DNA of 64,000 bases from Candidatus Ryanbacteria bacterium CG10_big_fil_rev_8_21_14_0_10_43_42 (GCA_002793915.1 PFEF01000008.1:18159-82158); one strand, 5' to 3'; positions 36,615 through 46,519 are shown, counted from the stretch's first letter. The notes: generated from the sequence alone by a model not told the origin. Made by a program: numbers and translations.

Positions 36615-39095
36615 TTACTCAACCTTAAACTTCACTTCTTTTTCTTCCACATTTCCTACATTATCATAGACCTTAATGAGAAGTATCGCGTTTTTCTGAT
36701 CGGGAGTAAGTGATGAAAAATCAACCGAAAATGATCCTATACCCTTATCAGATCCCATAAATTGTCCATTCAGAAAATAATCCGCCTGCTTAATGGGATA
36801 CGTTCCTTTTGTAGAGAGTGTTATGGTAAGTGGAAGAGATCGCTGATAAGTGGCTCCATCCTGCGGATGAACTATAATAATATGCGGTTTGTTTTCTTCC
36901 GTGTGAACATCATCAAATTCAGTGGGAATATTGTTTGGTTCGCCGGTAATATCGATATTATTTTGTACAGCCCAGGCCTTAACACCTTCTTCCCAGTTTT
37001 TATATTGGGCGTCTCGTTCAGGAAACTCCGGAATAGGTCCGCGCGGATCGCTTTTATTCACCCAGTGCAGTATGGAATGAAGTTCCGGTACTACGCGTAT
37101 TTCGCGGAATTCTTCAGGCGTGGCATCTGTGGCACGTTTTCCGGATACGGTATCAATTTCGTATGTAACACCGCCGCGCCATTCTCCCATAAGAAAGGGT
37201 TTTGTTACGTCTTCTCTTTCCGGTGGTACAAAATCTTCCGGCGGCAAGGTTTCAAATACGCGTTCCAGAAAATCATGCCAAATAGGTGCTACGATAAATC
37301 CGGCAACTTTTTTCTCCATAGGGGAATTATCGTTGTTTCCCGCCCACACACCGGCTACGATGTTGGGAGTGTATCCTAAGATCCATGCATCACGGAAATC
37401 GTTTGTGGTTCCGGTTTTAGCGGCTACAGGACGTGTTGAGAAGTATAATGCCGATTGTGACCCGAATGCGGGTGTGCGCGCGGCATTGTCGGACAATATA
37501 TCGGTAATACGGCGTGCAATCTGTGTATCAAGAACGGGTCGGGGGGTTGGTTCGTAATCAAAAAGCATATCTCCGTTATTTTGTTCTATATGAAGAATCA
37601 TGGCGGGTTCATTGCGCACGCCATCATTTGCAAACACGCCGTAAACGGAAGCAAGCTCAAGGAGTTGTACCTCACCGCCCCCTAAAACGAGGGTAAGACC
37701 GTATCGATTTTGTCCTTCAAGGGTAGTAATACCGAGTCGGGACGCCGTTTCAAGAGCTTTTTTAATACCTGTGAGGTAAAGAACTTTTACGGCGGGTATG
37801 TTTACGGACTGCGCTAATGCTTCCCGAAGTGTCATAGGGCCGTGAAATGTGCCGTCGTAGTTGCCGGGCCGGTAACTTTCTGCTCCTGCGGATGCAAATT
37901 CTGTTTGTACGTCAAAAACAATGGTTTCCGGTGTATATCCCTGTTCGAGAGCGGACGCATAGACGATCGGCTTAAAGGCGGAGCCGGGTTGGCGGAGAGC
38001 GGTTGTTATATTAAAATTTCCCTCATCTTCACGATTAAAATAATCACGCGATCCAACCATGGCAAGTACTTCACCGGTTTTCGGATCGATCGCTATGATA
38101 CCGGTATTGGAAGCGCCGAAATCATTATCTATTGTTTCCGCATACTCGGCAATAGTTTCCTCCGCGTGCTGTTGATAATCGATATTAAGCGTTGTTATTA
38201 CCTGCAAGCCGGTCTTTTTTATAAATTCCTCACCATATAGTTCATGAAGCTGATTGATAACATCCATAACAAAGTGTGGTGCGCGAATGCCGTGTTCAGC
38301 AACGGGAAGAAAAGCTATGGTTTCTTCTTTTGCCGAATCACGATCCTCTTCTGTTATATATCCCAGTTCTGCCATACGGTTAAGAACAGTGTTTTTACGT
38401 GCCTCTAGTTCGCGAGTATGAGTTCCATAAGGGGAAAAATAGGAGGGTGCCTGTGGAAGAGCCGCTAAATATGCCGCTTCCGCAAGAGTAACGTCTTCGG
38501 CGCTTTTGCCGAAGAATATTTGTGAAGCCGCTTCCACGCCATAGGCATTTGATCCGTACGAAATTTCATTTAGGTACATGTTTAAAATTTCATCTTTGGT
38601 ATTAGTGCGTTCGATTTTGAGCGCAAGTACCGCCTCCTTTAACTTACGGGTAATGGTTTTTTCGGGGGAAAGGAGGGTATTTTTTACCAACTGCTGTGTG
38701 ATGGTTGATCCGCCCTGAACAAGAATGCGTCCGCGCATAAGGTCCGTTATAAATGCACGAAATATGGAAAAAGGCGATATGCCGTGATGATTGTAAAAGT
38801 TGGCATCTTCAATGGCAATTGTTGCGTTTTTAATTTCGCGAGGAATATGGTCAAAATTAATAACAGTGCGCTTTTCTTCATTAAAAATTTCGAATAAAAG
38901 CGTCTCTCCGGTGCGATCGAAAATTTTTGTTGATTGAACCACTTCCCGTTCCCGTAATTCGGCGGCACTGGGAATATCAAGGGTGAGAATAAATATGCTT
39001 AATCCCGCAATTCCCGCTAAAAACAAAAAAAGACCCAGGACAAAAAGCCCTTTTACCATACGTCCAAATTGTTCCCATTTCCGCTTTTTTGGCAT
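36615..39095 (-). CDS. bifunctional class A penicillin-binding protein (transglycosylase/transpeptidase, PBP1A-like) with extra C-terminal domain
   Basis: 826 aa; N-terminal TM; GT51 motifs EDANFYNHHGISP, GGSTITQQLVKN; transpeptidase SAFKP (SxxK), SVN, KTGTT; ~150-aa C-terminal extension. Confidence 0.9.
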   Translation of the reverse strand: MPKKRKWEQFGRMVKGLFVLGLFLFLAGIAGLSIFILTLDIPSAAELREREVVQSTKIFDRTGETLLFEIFNEEKRTVINFDHIPREIKNATIAIEDANFYNHHGISPFSIFRAFITDLMRGRILVQGGSTITQQLVKNTLLSPEKTITRKLKEAVLALKIERTNTKDEILNMYLNEISYGSNAYGVEAASQIFFGKSAEDVTLAEAAYLAALPQAPSYFSPYGTHTRELEARKNTVLNRMAELGYITEEDRDSAKEETIAFLPVAEHGIRAPHFVMDVINQLHELYGEEFIKKTGLQVITTLNIDYQQHAEETIAEYAETIDNDFGASNTGIIAIDPKTGEVLAMVGSRDYFNREDEGNFNITTALRQPGSAFKPIVYASALEQGYTPETIVFDVQTEFASAGAESYRPGNYDGTFHGPMTLREALAQSVNIPAVKVLYLTGIKKALETASRLGITTLEGQNRYGLTLVLGGGEVQLLELASVYGVFANDGVRNEPAMILHIEQNNGDMLFDYEPTPRPVLDTQIARRITDILSDNAARTPAFGSQSALYFSTRPVAAKTGTTNDFRDAWILGYTPNIVAGVWAGNNDNSPMEKKVAGFIVAPIWHDFLERVFETLPPEDFVPPEREDVTKPFLMGEWRGGVTYEIDTVSGKRATDATPEEFREIRVVPELHSILHWVNKSDPRGPIPEFPERDAQYKNWEEGVKAWAVQNNIDITGEPNNIPTEFDDVHTEENKPHIIIVHPQDGATYQRSLPLTITLSTKGTYPIKQADYFLNGQFMGSDKGIGSFSVDFSSLTPDQKNAILLIKVYDNVGNVEEKEVKFKVE

Positions 39096-39187
39096 AATGT
39101 CAATATATAGGAGTGCGTAGTAGGTAGCAAGAGGTGATAAGTGTGTTGTCTGGATAATATATATAATGCCATGGTACGCTTACAGGT

Positions 39188-40387
39188 ATGAAAGACGATA
39201 TAAGTAGGCGCATAGACGACCTTCTTGCCCGCGGGGTAGATGAAGTTATAGATAAGGAGCATTTGCGCAACCGGCTTAATGTATCGGCAGGCGGAGGAAA
39301 AGCGCTTCGCGTAAAGCTTGGTATTGATCCAACAAGTCCGCATATTCATCTTGGTCGCGCCGTACAACTCCTTAAGTTACGGGATTTTCAGGAGCTAGGG
39401 CATCAGATCGTATTTATTGTGGGGGATTTCACCGGTGTTATCGGAGATACGAGCGATAAGGAAGTCGAACGCCCTATGCTTGCAAAAGAAAGTGTTGAGA
39501 AGAATATGAAAACATATCTAAAGCAGGTCGGTAGAATACTTGATATGAAGAAGGTAGAGGTGCGGTATAATTCAGAATGGCTTAATAATGTTTCCTACCA
39601 GGAGATTACTCGTCAGGCGAATGTTTTTTCACTGCATGATTTTATCGGACGAAAAAATATAAAAGATCGTTTGGATGCGGGTAAGCGTATATCGCTTAGG
39701 GAACTTCTTTACCCGCTCATGCAGGGGTATGATTCAGTGGTTATAGAGGCGGATGTGGAAATTGGCGGTACTGATCAGCGATTTAATATACTCGCCGGAC
39801 GTACTCTTCAGGAAGAATACGGACAAGAACCGCAGGACATTATAACAAGTAATCTTATCCTGGGCCTTGATGGCAGGAAAATGAGCTCCAGTTGGGGTAA
39901 TACAATTAATATTACGGATGAACCGAATGATATGTACGGAAAAATAATGAGTATGGCGGACGGGCAAATAATCCCCTATTTCGTGCATTGCACGCGCATA
40001 CCGATGAATACCGTAAAAGCATACGAAGAAGATATGAAGAACGCGACTAATCCGCGGGATATAAAAATGATACTCGCGCGTGAAATTACCGCCTTGTATA
40101 ACGGAGAAAAAAAGGCAAAAGAGGCGGAAGAATATTTTACATCCGTATTTCAAAAAAAGGAAATTCCAAAAGATATACATTCTGCACATGTCCATGCGGA
40201 CGAATCAATAGATGTTGTTCTTTTCCGCCTTAAGCTTGCTTCATCAAAAAGTGATGCGCGTCGCCTAATACGGCAGGGAGCCGTATCTTTGGACGGTGAA
40301 AAAATTAGCAAGCCGGAATACATGTTTAAAAGCGGAGGTATTCTTCGGGTGGGGAAACGTCATATGATAAAAGTTATATATCCGTAA
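39188..40387 (+). CDS. tyrS: tyrosyl-tRNA synthetase
   Basis: 399 aa; HIHLG (HIGH) and KMSSS motifs; C-terminal S4 domain. Confidence 0.9.
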   Translation: MKDDISRRIDDLLARGVDEVIDKEHLRNRLNVSAGGGKALRVKLGIDPTSPHIHLGRAVQLLKLRDFQELGHQIVFIVGDFTGVIGDTSDKEVERPMLAKESVEKNMKTYLKQVGRILDMKKVEVRYNSEWLNNVSYQEITRQANVFSLHDFIGRKNIKDRLDAGKRISLRELLYPLMQGYDSVVIEADVEIGGTDQRFNILAGRTLQEEYGQEPQDIITSNLILGLDGRKMSSSWGNTINITDEPNDMYGKIMSMADGQIIPYFVHCTRIPMNTVKAYEEDMKNATNPRDIKMILAREITALYNGEKKAKEAEEYFTSVFQKKEIPKDIHSAHVHADESIDVVLFRLKLASSKSDARRLIRQGAVSLDGEKISKPEYMFKSGGILRVGKRHMIKVIYP

Positions 40388-40416
40388 TGGTGTTTACAAT
40401 AGAAAGTTGTTAAAAG

Positions 40417-40449
40417 AAAACCCCGCACATATGTGCGGGGTTTTCTTTT
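40417..40449. terminator. bidirectional rho-independent terminator (perfect 10-bp palindrome CCCCGCACAT/ATGTGCGGGG)
   Basis: 40421-40440 palindrome flanked by AAAA and TTTTCTTTTC; between convergent tyrS and small minus-strand ORF. Confidence 0.75.
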
Positions 40450-40463
40450 CAAAATATACGCGC

Positions 40464-40550
40464 TTACTCTTCGTCCTCGTCTTCTTCATCTTCTTCTGTA
40501 ATCTCATCGCCTTCCATCATTTCATCTTCATTTGAGATAAACTCATCCAT
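40464..40550 (-). CDS. possible tiny highly acidic protein (28 aa, MDEFISNEDEMMEGDEITEEDEEDEDEE)
   Basis: ORF below track cut-off; stop 13 nt from bidirectional terminator; AT-rich -10-like TATACT directly upstream; may be non-coding. Confidence 0.25.
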   Translation of the reverse strand: MDEFISNEDEMMEGDEITEEDEEDEDEE

Positions 40551-40677
40551 AGTATAAATAAATACTATTTCTAGTAAAACGACCGTTGGCGCATCATCAA
40601 TTACGAGACGCTTTATAATAAATAACAAAAAGAAAAACCTCTGTCAACGGGTAAAATATCCTTATTTTTTAACGATA

Positions 40678-41163
40678 TTACGCAGTATGTTTTGTTTTTG
40701 CTGTAGCGGCCGCGGTAAGAGCGATTGCGAGCGCGTCAGCGGCATCATCGGGTTTTGGAATGGCGGGAAGACGCAGTAATTGCGTCACCATATACTGCAT
40801 CTGTTTTTTGTCAGCATTTCCATATCCGCATGTGGCAACCTTTATTTCAAGGGGTTTAAGTTCTACAAAAGGGATGGCATGTATTTGGGAAAGAAGAATA
40901 ATAATACCGCGTGTTTCAGCAACCTTGAGAGCTGTTTTTGCATTTTTAGAAAAAAAGAGCTCTTCCGTAGCGAGAAGATCCGGTTTTTCTTCCTCTATAA
41001 TACGGGTAAGTTCTTTGTAGAGCGCATGGAGTCTTTCCGCATGAGGAAGCGTTTTTGCAGTTTCAATGCATCCGGCACGGATATGGGTGGTGGTCATACC
41101 TTCTCCTAGAATAATACCATACCCCATGCGCCCGAATCCCGGATCAACGCCAAGTATTTTCAC
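40678..41163 (-). CDS. ruvC: crossover junction endodeoxyribonuclease RuvC
   Basis: 161 aa; ILGVDPGFGRMGYGII N-terminus and catalytic acidic residues. Confidence 0.9.
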   Translation of the reverse strand: MKILGVDPGFGRMGYGIILGEGMTTTHIRAGCIETAKTLPHAERLHALYKELTRIIEEEKPDLLATEELFFSKNAKTALKVAETRGIIILLSQIHAIPFVELKPLEIKVATCGYGNADKKQMQYMVTQLLRLPAIPKPDDAADALAIALTAAATAKTKHTA

Positions 41164-41696
41164 GACGAAGGAGCAATGTTGGTAAAGATGCTCTGAATAT
41201 CGTCATGCTCGTCTAATATTTCCACGAGAGTGGCAATTTTTTCCCGAATAACGTCATCCGCTTCTACGGTTGTTTGCGCTATCCATTCGTCATCAGATTT
41301 TTTAAATGCCCACAAGGCACCGCCCGGCGCCATCTTAGTATCATGATCCGAAAGAATTTTACGAATTTCTGAAAAGGTGCGGTTATTGTTGTCCGTTATA
41401 CCCTCGATAATTATAGCAACACCACCCGGACCAAATGCTTCGTAGGTTACCTGCTGTAATGTATCGGCGGACATACTGGCTTTTGCAATAGCTCGCTCGA
41501 TCGTATCTTTAGGCATATTCACCATTTGTGCTTTTTCGATGGCCGTGCGGAGTGCCGGATTCATATCCGGATTCGGTCCCTTTTCTTTTGCGGCTATGGT
41601 AATAACACGGGAGAGTTTGCCAAAATTGGCGCTTCGCTGTGCGTCTTTAGCGCCCTTTTTATGTTTAATGTTTGCCCATTTTGAATGTCCTGACAT
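41160..41696 (-). CDS. yebC: YebC/PmpR-family transcriptional regulator (short variant)
   Basis: 178 aa; MSGHSKWANIKHKKGAKDAQR signature; 4-nt overlap with ruvC start. Confidence 0.8.
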   Translation of the reverse strand: MSGHSKWANIKHKKGAKDAQRSANFGKLSRVITIAAKEKGPNPDMNPALRTAIEKAQMVNMPKDTIERAIAKASMSADTLQQVTYEAFGPGGVAIIIEGITDNNNRTFSEIRKILSDHDTKMAPGGALWAFKKSDDEWIAQTTVEADDVIREKIATLVEILDEHDDIQSIFTNIAPSS

Positions 41697-41720
41697 ACGT
41701 TTTTAATTTTACCATTATAA

Positions 41721-42290
41721 TTATTCATTCGTTTCTTTATGAATCTTACGGGAATATTTGAGTATAAGATCCTTAGCCTCATGTAAGTGCGGAATTTCAT
41801 GAACAACAAAGCTTTTTTCTCCGGCCGTTTGAATGGTCATGTTCCCGAAATCAAACATGGTTGGAATAAATCCGGGAGTTTCCACGGTAACATCTTGTAC
41901 GCGCTCTATCAAGAATTCCGAAGTTTCACGACTGAAAAGACCACGCTGTTCCAGATCGATAATACGTTTATCGGTAATAACCCACACATCCAAATAATAA
42001 TTAATCCAGGATGTAAATAAAAACGCAACCGTAAAAAGAACATATAAAGTGAACAAAAGCCGTCCGAGCGGAATAACAATATCTTCACCGATATAAGGGG
42101 TAAGAAAAACACGGAGTAGAAAAATAAAAAATCCGCACACCAAAAAACCCAAAATAGCGGCAATATCTTTGGCAAGAGAAAACCAATGGCGATGGATTAC
42201 CAGAAGTACTTGTTCGTTTGCATCAAGATGAAGAGGTTTTATAGGCATAATGAGGTGTGTTTTCTTTATATCACAGTAATGAAAGATCAT
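41721..42290 (-). CDS. membrane protein with bacterial PH-like (YdbS/YdbT, DUF304) domain
   Basis: 2 TM helices then beta-rich ~80-aa domain; alternative start MPIKPL at 42248. Confidence 0.5.
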   Translation of the reverse strand: MIFHYCDIKKTHLIMPIKPLHLDANEQVLLVIHRHWFSLAKDIAAILGFLVCGFFIFLLRVFLTPYIGEDIVIPLGRLLFTLYVLFTVAFLFTSWINYYLDVWVITDKRIIDLEQRGLFSRETSEFLIERVQDVTVETPGFIPTMFDFGNMTIQTAGEKSFVVHEIPHLHEAKDLILKYSRKIHKETNE

Positions 42291-42483
42291 TCCATGGTAC
42301 GCGCAGAAAGAATATGATGGAGAGGATAATTAATATTCCTGAAACAACAATAAACGGCATAATAAAGTTATGTGTGGGATCTTTTTCAATCACATACGTA
42401 CGTACATGATAAATAAGGGCAGCGGCAAACGCGATATATCCGCCCAATATAAGAAGAAAAATAATAAGACTTATAATAACCAT
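42271..42483 (-). CDS. small 2-TM membrane protein (70 aa)
   Basis: ORF between ruvB and PH-domain gene, hydrophobic. Confidence 0.4.
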   Translation of the reverse strand: MVIISLIIFLLILGGYIAFAAALIYHVRTYVIEKDPTHNFIMPFIVVSGILIILSIIFFLRVPWNDLSLL

Positions 42484-42497
42484 GGTGCGTATAAGGC

Positions 42498-43529
42498 CTA
42501 TAAAAGCTTTTTTTGATGTTCTTCCGGCATATGCACACCCATGTGATCGTATGCTCGTGCGGTGGCGATGCGTCCGCGGGGCGTGCGTTCTAAAAACCCG
42601 AGCTGTAAGAGGTAGGGTTCGTGTACGTCCTCTATGGTCTCTATTTCTTCGGCAGTAGAGGCGGCAAGCGTTTGTACCCCAACGGGACCGCCACGATATT
42701 TTTCGATAATGGCGGTTAAAATGCGCCGATCACTCGTATCAAGTCCCAGTCCGTCTATTTCAAGAAGTTGAAGAGCGGCGGTACTCATCTCGGATGAGAT
42801 GGTGCCGGTTCCCCGCACCTCGGCGTAATCACGGCATCGTTTCAGTAGGCGATTTGCGACGCGCGGTGTAAACCTGCTTCGACGCGCAATTTCATGCGTA
42901 GCATCTGCGTCAATGGGAACGGAAAGAATATTTGCTGAACGGGTAATAATGCGTTCAATGTCATTTTCCGTATAAAAATTAAGACGAAATACACCTCCGG
43001 CAAAACGAGAGCGAAGCGGGGATGATAAAAGCGCAATACGGGTAGTTGCGGCAAGAAGAGTAAAAGGGGGTAGATCAAGCTGAATGACGCGTGCGGAGGG
43101 CCCTTTCCCGAGAACAATATCAAGAGAGCGTGATTCCATGGCAGGGTAGAGAATTTCTTCTACGAGCTTATTTAATCGGTGAACCTCGTCTATAAATAAA
43201 ATATCTCCGGGGGATAGATTGGTAAGAATAGAAGCAAGATCCCCAACGCGTTCAATGGCAGGGCCGGATGTTATGCGAATTTGCGAACCCATTTCTTTTG
43301 CAATAAGATGAGCAAGTGTTGTCTTACCAAGTCCGGGCGGACCGTAAAACAACGCATGCTCCATGGGTTCTCCACGTTTCTTAGCCGCTTCTATAAATAT
43401 AGAAAGATTTTCTTTTATGGTGCTTTGACCAATATAATCATCCCATGTTTGCGGACGCAGTGTCATATCGAGTGATTTGTCGTCGCGTTCACCGGCGGGA
43501 GTGAGAATATGTTCGTTTTTTAGTTCCAT
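42498..43529 (-). CDS. ruvB: Holliday junction branch-migration ATPase RuvB
   Basis: 343 aa; Walker A GPPGLGKTTLA, Walker B ILFIDEVHRL, sensor motifs. Confidence 0.95.
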   Translation of the reverse strand: MELKNEHILTPAGERDDKSLDMTLRPQTWDDYIGQSTIKENLSIFIEAAKKRGEPMEHALFYGPPGLGKTTLAHLIAKEMGSQIRITSGPAIERVGDLASILTNLSPGDILFIDEVHRLNKLVEEILYPAMESRSLDIVLGKGPSARVIQLDLPPFTLLAATTRIALLSSPLRSRFAGGVFRLNFYTENDIERIITRSANILSVPIDADATHEIARRSRFTPRVANRLLKRCRDYAEVRGTGTISSEMSTAALQLLEIDGLGLDTSDRRILTAIIEKYRGGPVGVQTLAASTAEEIETIEDVHEPYLLQLGFLERTPRGRIATARAYDHMGVHMPEEHQKKLL

Positions 43530-43611
43530 AATGAGTGAAGATATAGATTTATTTTGCGTGTCTTTTTATAGCGGGAACAGAGGTACATAAAATGTCGATA
43601 AAAGTAGGGGG

Positions 43612-43640
43612 TTGACTTTTCTTTTTAAATCTGTTATAAA
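43612..43640 (+). promoter_or_regulatory. near-consensus sigma70 promoter TTGACT-17-TATAAA pointing into intergenic region
   Basis: TTGACT 43612-43617, TATAAA 43635-43640; no plus-strand CDS downstream. Confidence 0.4.
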
Positions 43641-43680
43641 CTCTAAGAACAGCAAACAGCCAAAAAGGCGGTTTTTCTTT

Positions 43681-43834
43681 GGAAGCCTCCAGACAATTAA
43701 GGCCTATACACCTTACCTGGATCCTTTTGTTGCGGATATTCTGGTCGTCGCGTTTACGTGCCGTAGCTGGGGTACTCCCACGTTGGATTCTAAGTCCTTT
43801 GTACCTATGCGGGGACAATTGTCCGGAGGCTTTC
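43681..43834 (+). ncRNA. candidate structured small RNA or miniature inverted-repeat element (18-bp arms enclosing ~118 nt)
   Basis: GGAAGCCTCCAGACAATT (43681-43698) pairs with AATTGTCCGGAGGCTTTC (43817-43834) with 17/18 pairs incl. one G.U; strong promoter 40 nt upstream; identity not established. Confidence 0.2.
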
Positions 43835-43848
43835 GAAGAAAAAAACTA

Positions 43849-45522
43849 CTATTCTCCCGTAACGCGTTCCACTTCCGAAATGCTCGTAATTCCCGCGAGC
43901 ATTTTTAGTATACCATCCTGTTGCATGGTGAGCATGCCTTGTTTTTCTGCCGCTTCCCGTACGTCCGCTTCGGATGGTCGTTCAAGAATAAGATGCTCTA
44001 TTTCATCATTAATACGAAATACCTCGAAAATGCCAATGCGTCCCGTGTATCCCGTATTATTACATGAGGCACATCCCTTAGCACGCCATATTGTCGCACC
44101 GGAAAGAGGAGGTGTGGTGTAGGGTTTAGGTAGTTCTCGTACCATTTCTTTTACACTCGCAAGCTCCTCGCCTTCAAGAATATACCCCTCTTTGCAATGT
44201 TCGCATAAACGACGGACCAGCCGCTGTGCCATGGCTATGTTAATGGCAGGGGCGATAATACTGGGATCTACTTCAAGATCAATTAGGCGCGGTATGGTTC
44301 CCGGCGCATTATTGGTGTGTAGTGTGGAGAATACGAGGTGTCCGGTAAGGGCGGCATGCATAGCAATCTCCGCCGTATCACGGTCGCGGATTTCTCCCAC
44401 GAGAATAATATCGGGATCCTGGCGTAAAATAGATCGAAGGCCGTTGTTGAAATCATATCCTTTTTCGGTATTAACCTGTGTCTGATTAACACCGGTAAGA
44501 TGATATTCAATAGGGTCCTCGATAGTGATAATATTTATGTTCGTATTGTTTACTTCTCGAAGAAAGGAATAAAGAGTGGTTGTTTTTCCGGAACCGGTAG
44601 GACCGGTTGTGAGAATCATGCCATTGGGTTTTTTAAGCTCTTCTTCGACAAGTATGCGAACCGGATCTTGCATTCCTAAATCCTTAAGACCAATATCTAT
44701 TGTCTTCGGATTTAAAAGACGCATTACAATTGATTCCCCGTGAGGTCCCGGCAGAGTAGAGGTACGGACTTCTATATCAATATCATCCGTACGAATGGTA
44801 AATCGTCCGTCTTGTGCGCGATTTTTTATATTAAGCTTAATGCCGGACAGCAGTTTAATGCGTGAAAGGAGAAGAAGGTAAATACGCTCCGAGAAAAAAG
44901 TAACGTCTTCCAGTACGCCATCAATACGTACGCGAAGACGTGTTTCTTTTTCTTCGGCCTCAATATGAATATCCGATGTCCCCAGGTTAAGAGCTCCTTG
45001 TAAAAGCACTTCAAGTGTTCCGCTCGTTTTACGGTCTTCTTTTGCTTCAAGAAGGGGTGATAGGGTATTGGTAAGATCGGCAAGACTTCTTATGGTACGA
45101 GCCGCTTTGGTGATGTCGGACGTAGCGCGGAGTTCAACAACACCCTCTTCAACCGCTTTAACGGTTGATACTTCTTTATATTTTTCCCACGCCTTTTCCA
45201 GGCTGTGTGTGGAAACCAAAAAAAGTTGTGGTATGTAGCGTTTTCGTTTTAAGTCTTCCAAAAGAGCCTGTGCGGAATCATGATTAGGTGCACGCAAGCC
45301 GATTTTTATATTGCGTCCGACTATCTGAATAACGGCAAGTCCCGCATCTCGTGCGATGGATTCGGGAATAACGGCGAGTGAATCAGTATCAATAGATATA
45401 GTATCCAAATTTAAATAAGGGATGCCGTATTTTTCGGCAAGCATGCGTGCGAGATCTTCCCCTTCTTTTATGTGAAGCTCGCGCAGGTGCTCATCTACTT
45501 CATCTTCGCTAAATTCTGTCAT
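43849..45522 (-). CDS. pilB: type IV pilus assembly ATPase PilB / GspE family
   Basis: 557 aa; N-terminal GSPII_E_N domain, Walker A GPTGSGKTTT, Asp/His boxes, tetracysteine CEHC..CASC zinc motif. Confidence 0.9.
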   Translation of the reverse strand: MTEFSEDEVDEHLRELHIKEGEDLARMLAEKYGIPYLNLDTISIDTDSLAVIPESIARDAGLAVIQIVGRNIKIGLRAPNHDSAQALLEDLKRKRYIPQLFLVSTHSLEKAWEKYKEVSTVKAVEEGVVELRATSDITKAARTIRSLADLTNTLSPLLEAKEDRKTSGTLEVLLQGALNLGTSDIHIEAEEKETRLRVRIDGVLEDVTFFSERIYLLLLSRIKLLSGIKLNIKNRAQDGRFTIRTDDIDIEVRTSTLPGPHGESIVMRLLNPKTIDIGLKDLGMQDPVRILVEEELKKPNGMILTTGPTGSGKTTTLYSFLREVNNTNINIITIEDPIEYHLTGVNQTQVNTEKGYDFNNGLRSILRQDPDIILVGEIRDRDTAEIAMHAALTGHLVFSTLHTNNAPGTIPRLIDLEVDPSIIAPAINIAMAQRLVRRLCEHCKEGYILEGEELASVKEMVRELPKPYTTPPLSGATIWRAKGCASCNNTGYTGRIGIFEVFRINDEIEHLILERPSEADVREAAEKQGMLTMQQDGILKMLAGITSISEVERVTGE

Positions 45523-45604
45523 AGAGAAAGTATATCATTTGTCATTCCGTTCTTGAAACAAATTTTCTCGAAGATAATCCGGGAAATGCCATACGCACAG
45601 GTAT

Positions 45605-46519
45605 TTATAAGACGTTTTTTAAGAGTTTTCGTATTTCTATCTCCGCCTCGCTGAAAGTCGTGTATGATTCCAGAATAAGATATCCGTTTGTAAGAGGCGT
45701 TTTCGCTTCAAGAGAAATAATACGAAGCATCTCCCGATCAGATCCATATATAAGCACCTTTATATGATCTTGTTGCTTGGTTTTCATTTCTTCCTGCCAT
45801 AAAACAATAGCCATAGAGGGAAGAGTTATAATGGTGCTCATATGTTCTACCAGCGAAGGAAGAATTGACGGTTTTGTTTCCGTTTTTTCAAAATCTTCTT
45901 TTGGGAGAAATGCCCACAGTACATCAATATCTTCATCAGTATGGGAACGTAACAGTGCGCGCCCTAAAAGTTTCATGTGAGCTTCATTCCAGGGGAATAA
46001 TGCCTTTTCTTTAACGTCTACTGCGGGAGGGGATGTGTACGTATGCTTTATGTGTGAACGGGAGAGGTTAAGGATAACGCGCTCATTCTTAAACGGCGCA
46101 TCATGCGTAAGAGTATTCGATAAATCTTTTTCGTCGGCAAATCCAAACGCCACAATGGCGTCACATGCCGGATAATGTTCCTCGAGATCAAAAGACTCTT
46201 TTGTTATGGGATGGTCCGGAGAAAGAAAAATACGTAAATGCCCATTTTGTTTTTCATACCGAAGTTCGCCTATGGGATTTTCTTCAATATTAAAAGAAAG
46301 CGCGACTTCTTTTTTAATTCCTTTTTCGGGAAAAAGATTCGCCCAACGTTTTTGCACAGCGGATGGCATATTCATTATATGCGCCCTATCATTAAGTCGC
46401 TCCTTGAGAGCATGAGCCGCAAGTACGTCGGTATCTTCCGATTCACTGCCAAGTAAAATACCTACGCGCTCAGATTTTGTAATAGTATCCAATAAAGATG
46501 ATATATCACCATTTTCCAT
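45605..46519 (-). CDS. hypothetical protein (304 aa)
   Basis: ORF with no recognisable motif. Confidence 0.5.
   Translation of the reverse strand: MENGDISSLLDTITKSERVGILLGSESEDTDVLAAHALKERLNDRAHIMNMPSAVQKRWANLFPEKGIKKEVALSFNIEENPIGELRYEKQNGHLRIFLSPDHPITKESFDLEEHYPACDAIVAFGFADEKDLSNTLTHDAPFKNERVILNLSRSHIKHTYTSPPAVDVKEKALFPWNEAHMKLLGRALLRSHTDEDIDVLWAFLPKEDFEKTETKPSILPSLVEHMSTIITLPSMAIVLWQEEMKTKQQDHIKVLIYGSDREMLRIISLEAKTPLTNGYLILESYTTFSEAEIEIRKLLKNVL

Noticed and set aside
36762-38240. Plus-strand ORFs (205, 145, 132 aa) inside the PBP1A gene
   Set aside because: Antisense shadow ORFs within a strongly supported 826-aa CDS.
43549-44122. ORFs 43549-43818(-), 43612-43908(+), 43679-44122(+) in and around the ruvB-pilB intergenic region
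   Set aside because: No RBS, low-complexity translations, overlap pilB in antisense; region better explained as promoter plus structured non-coding element.
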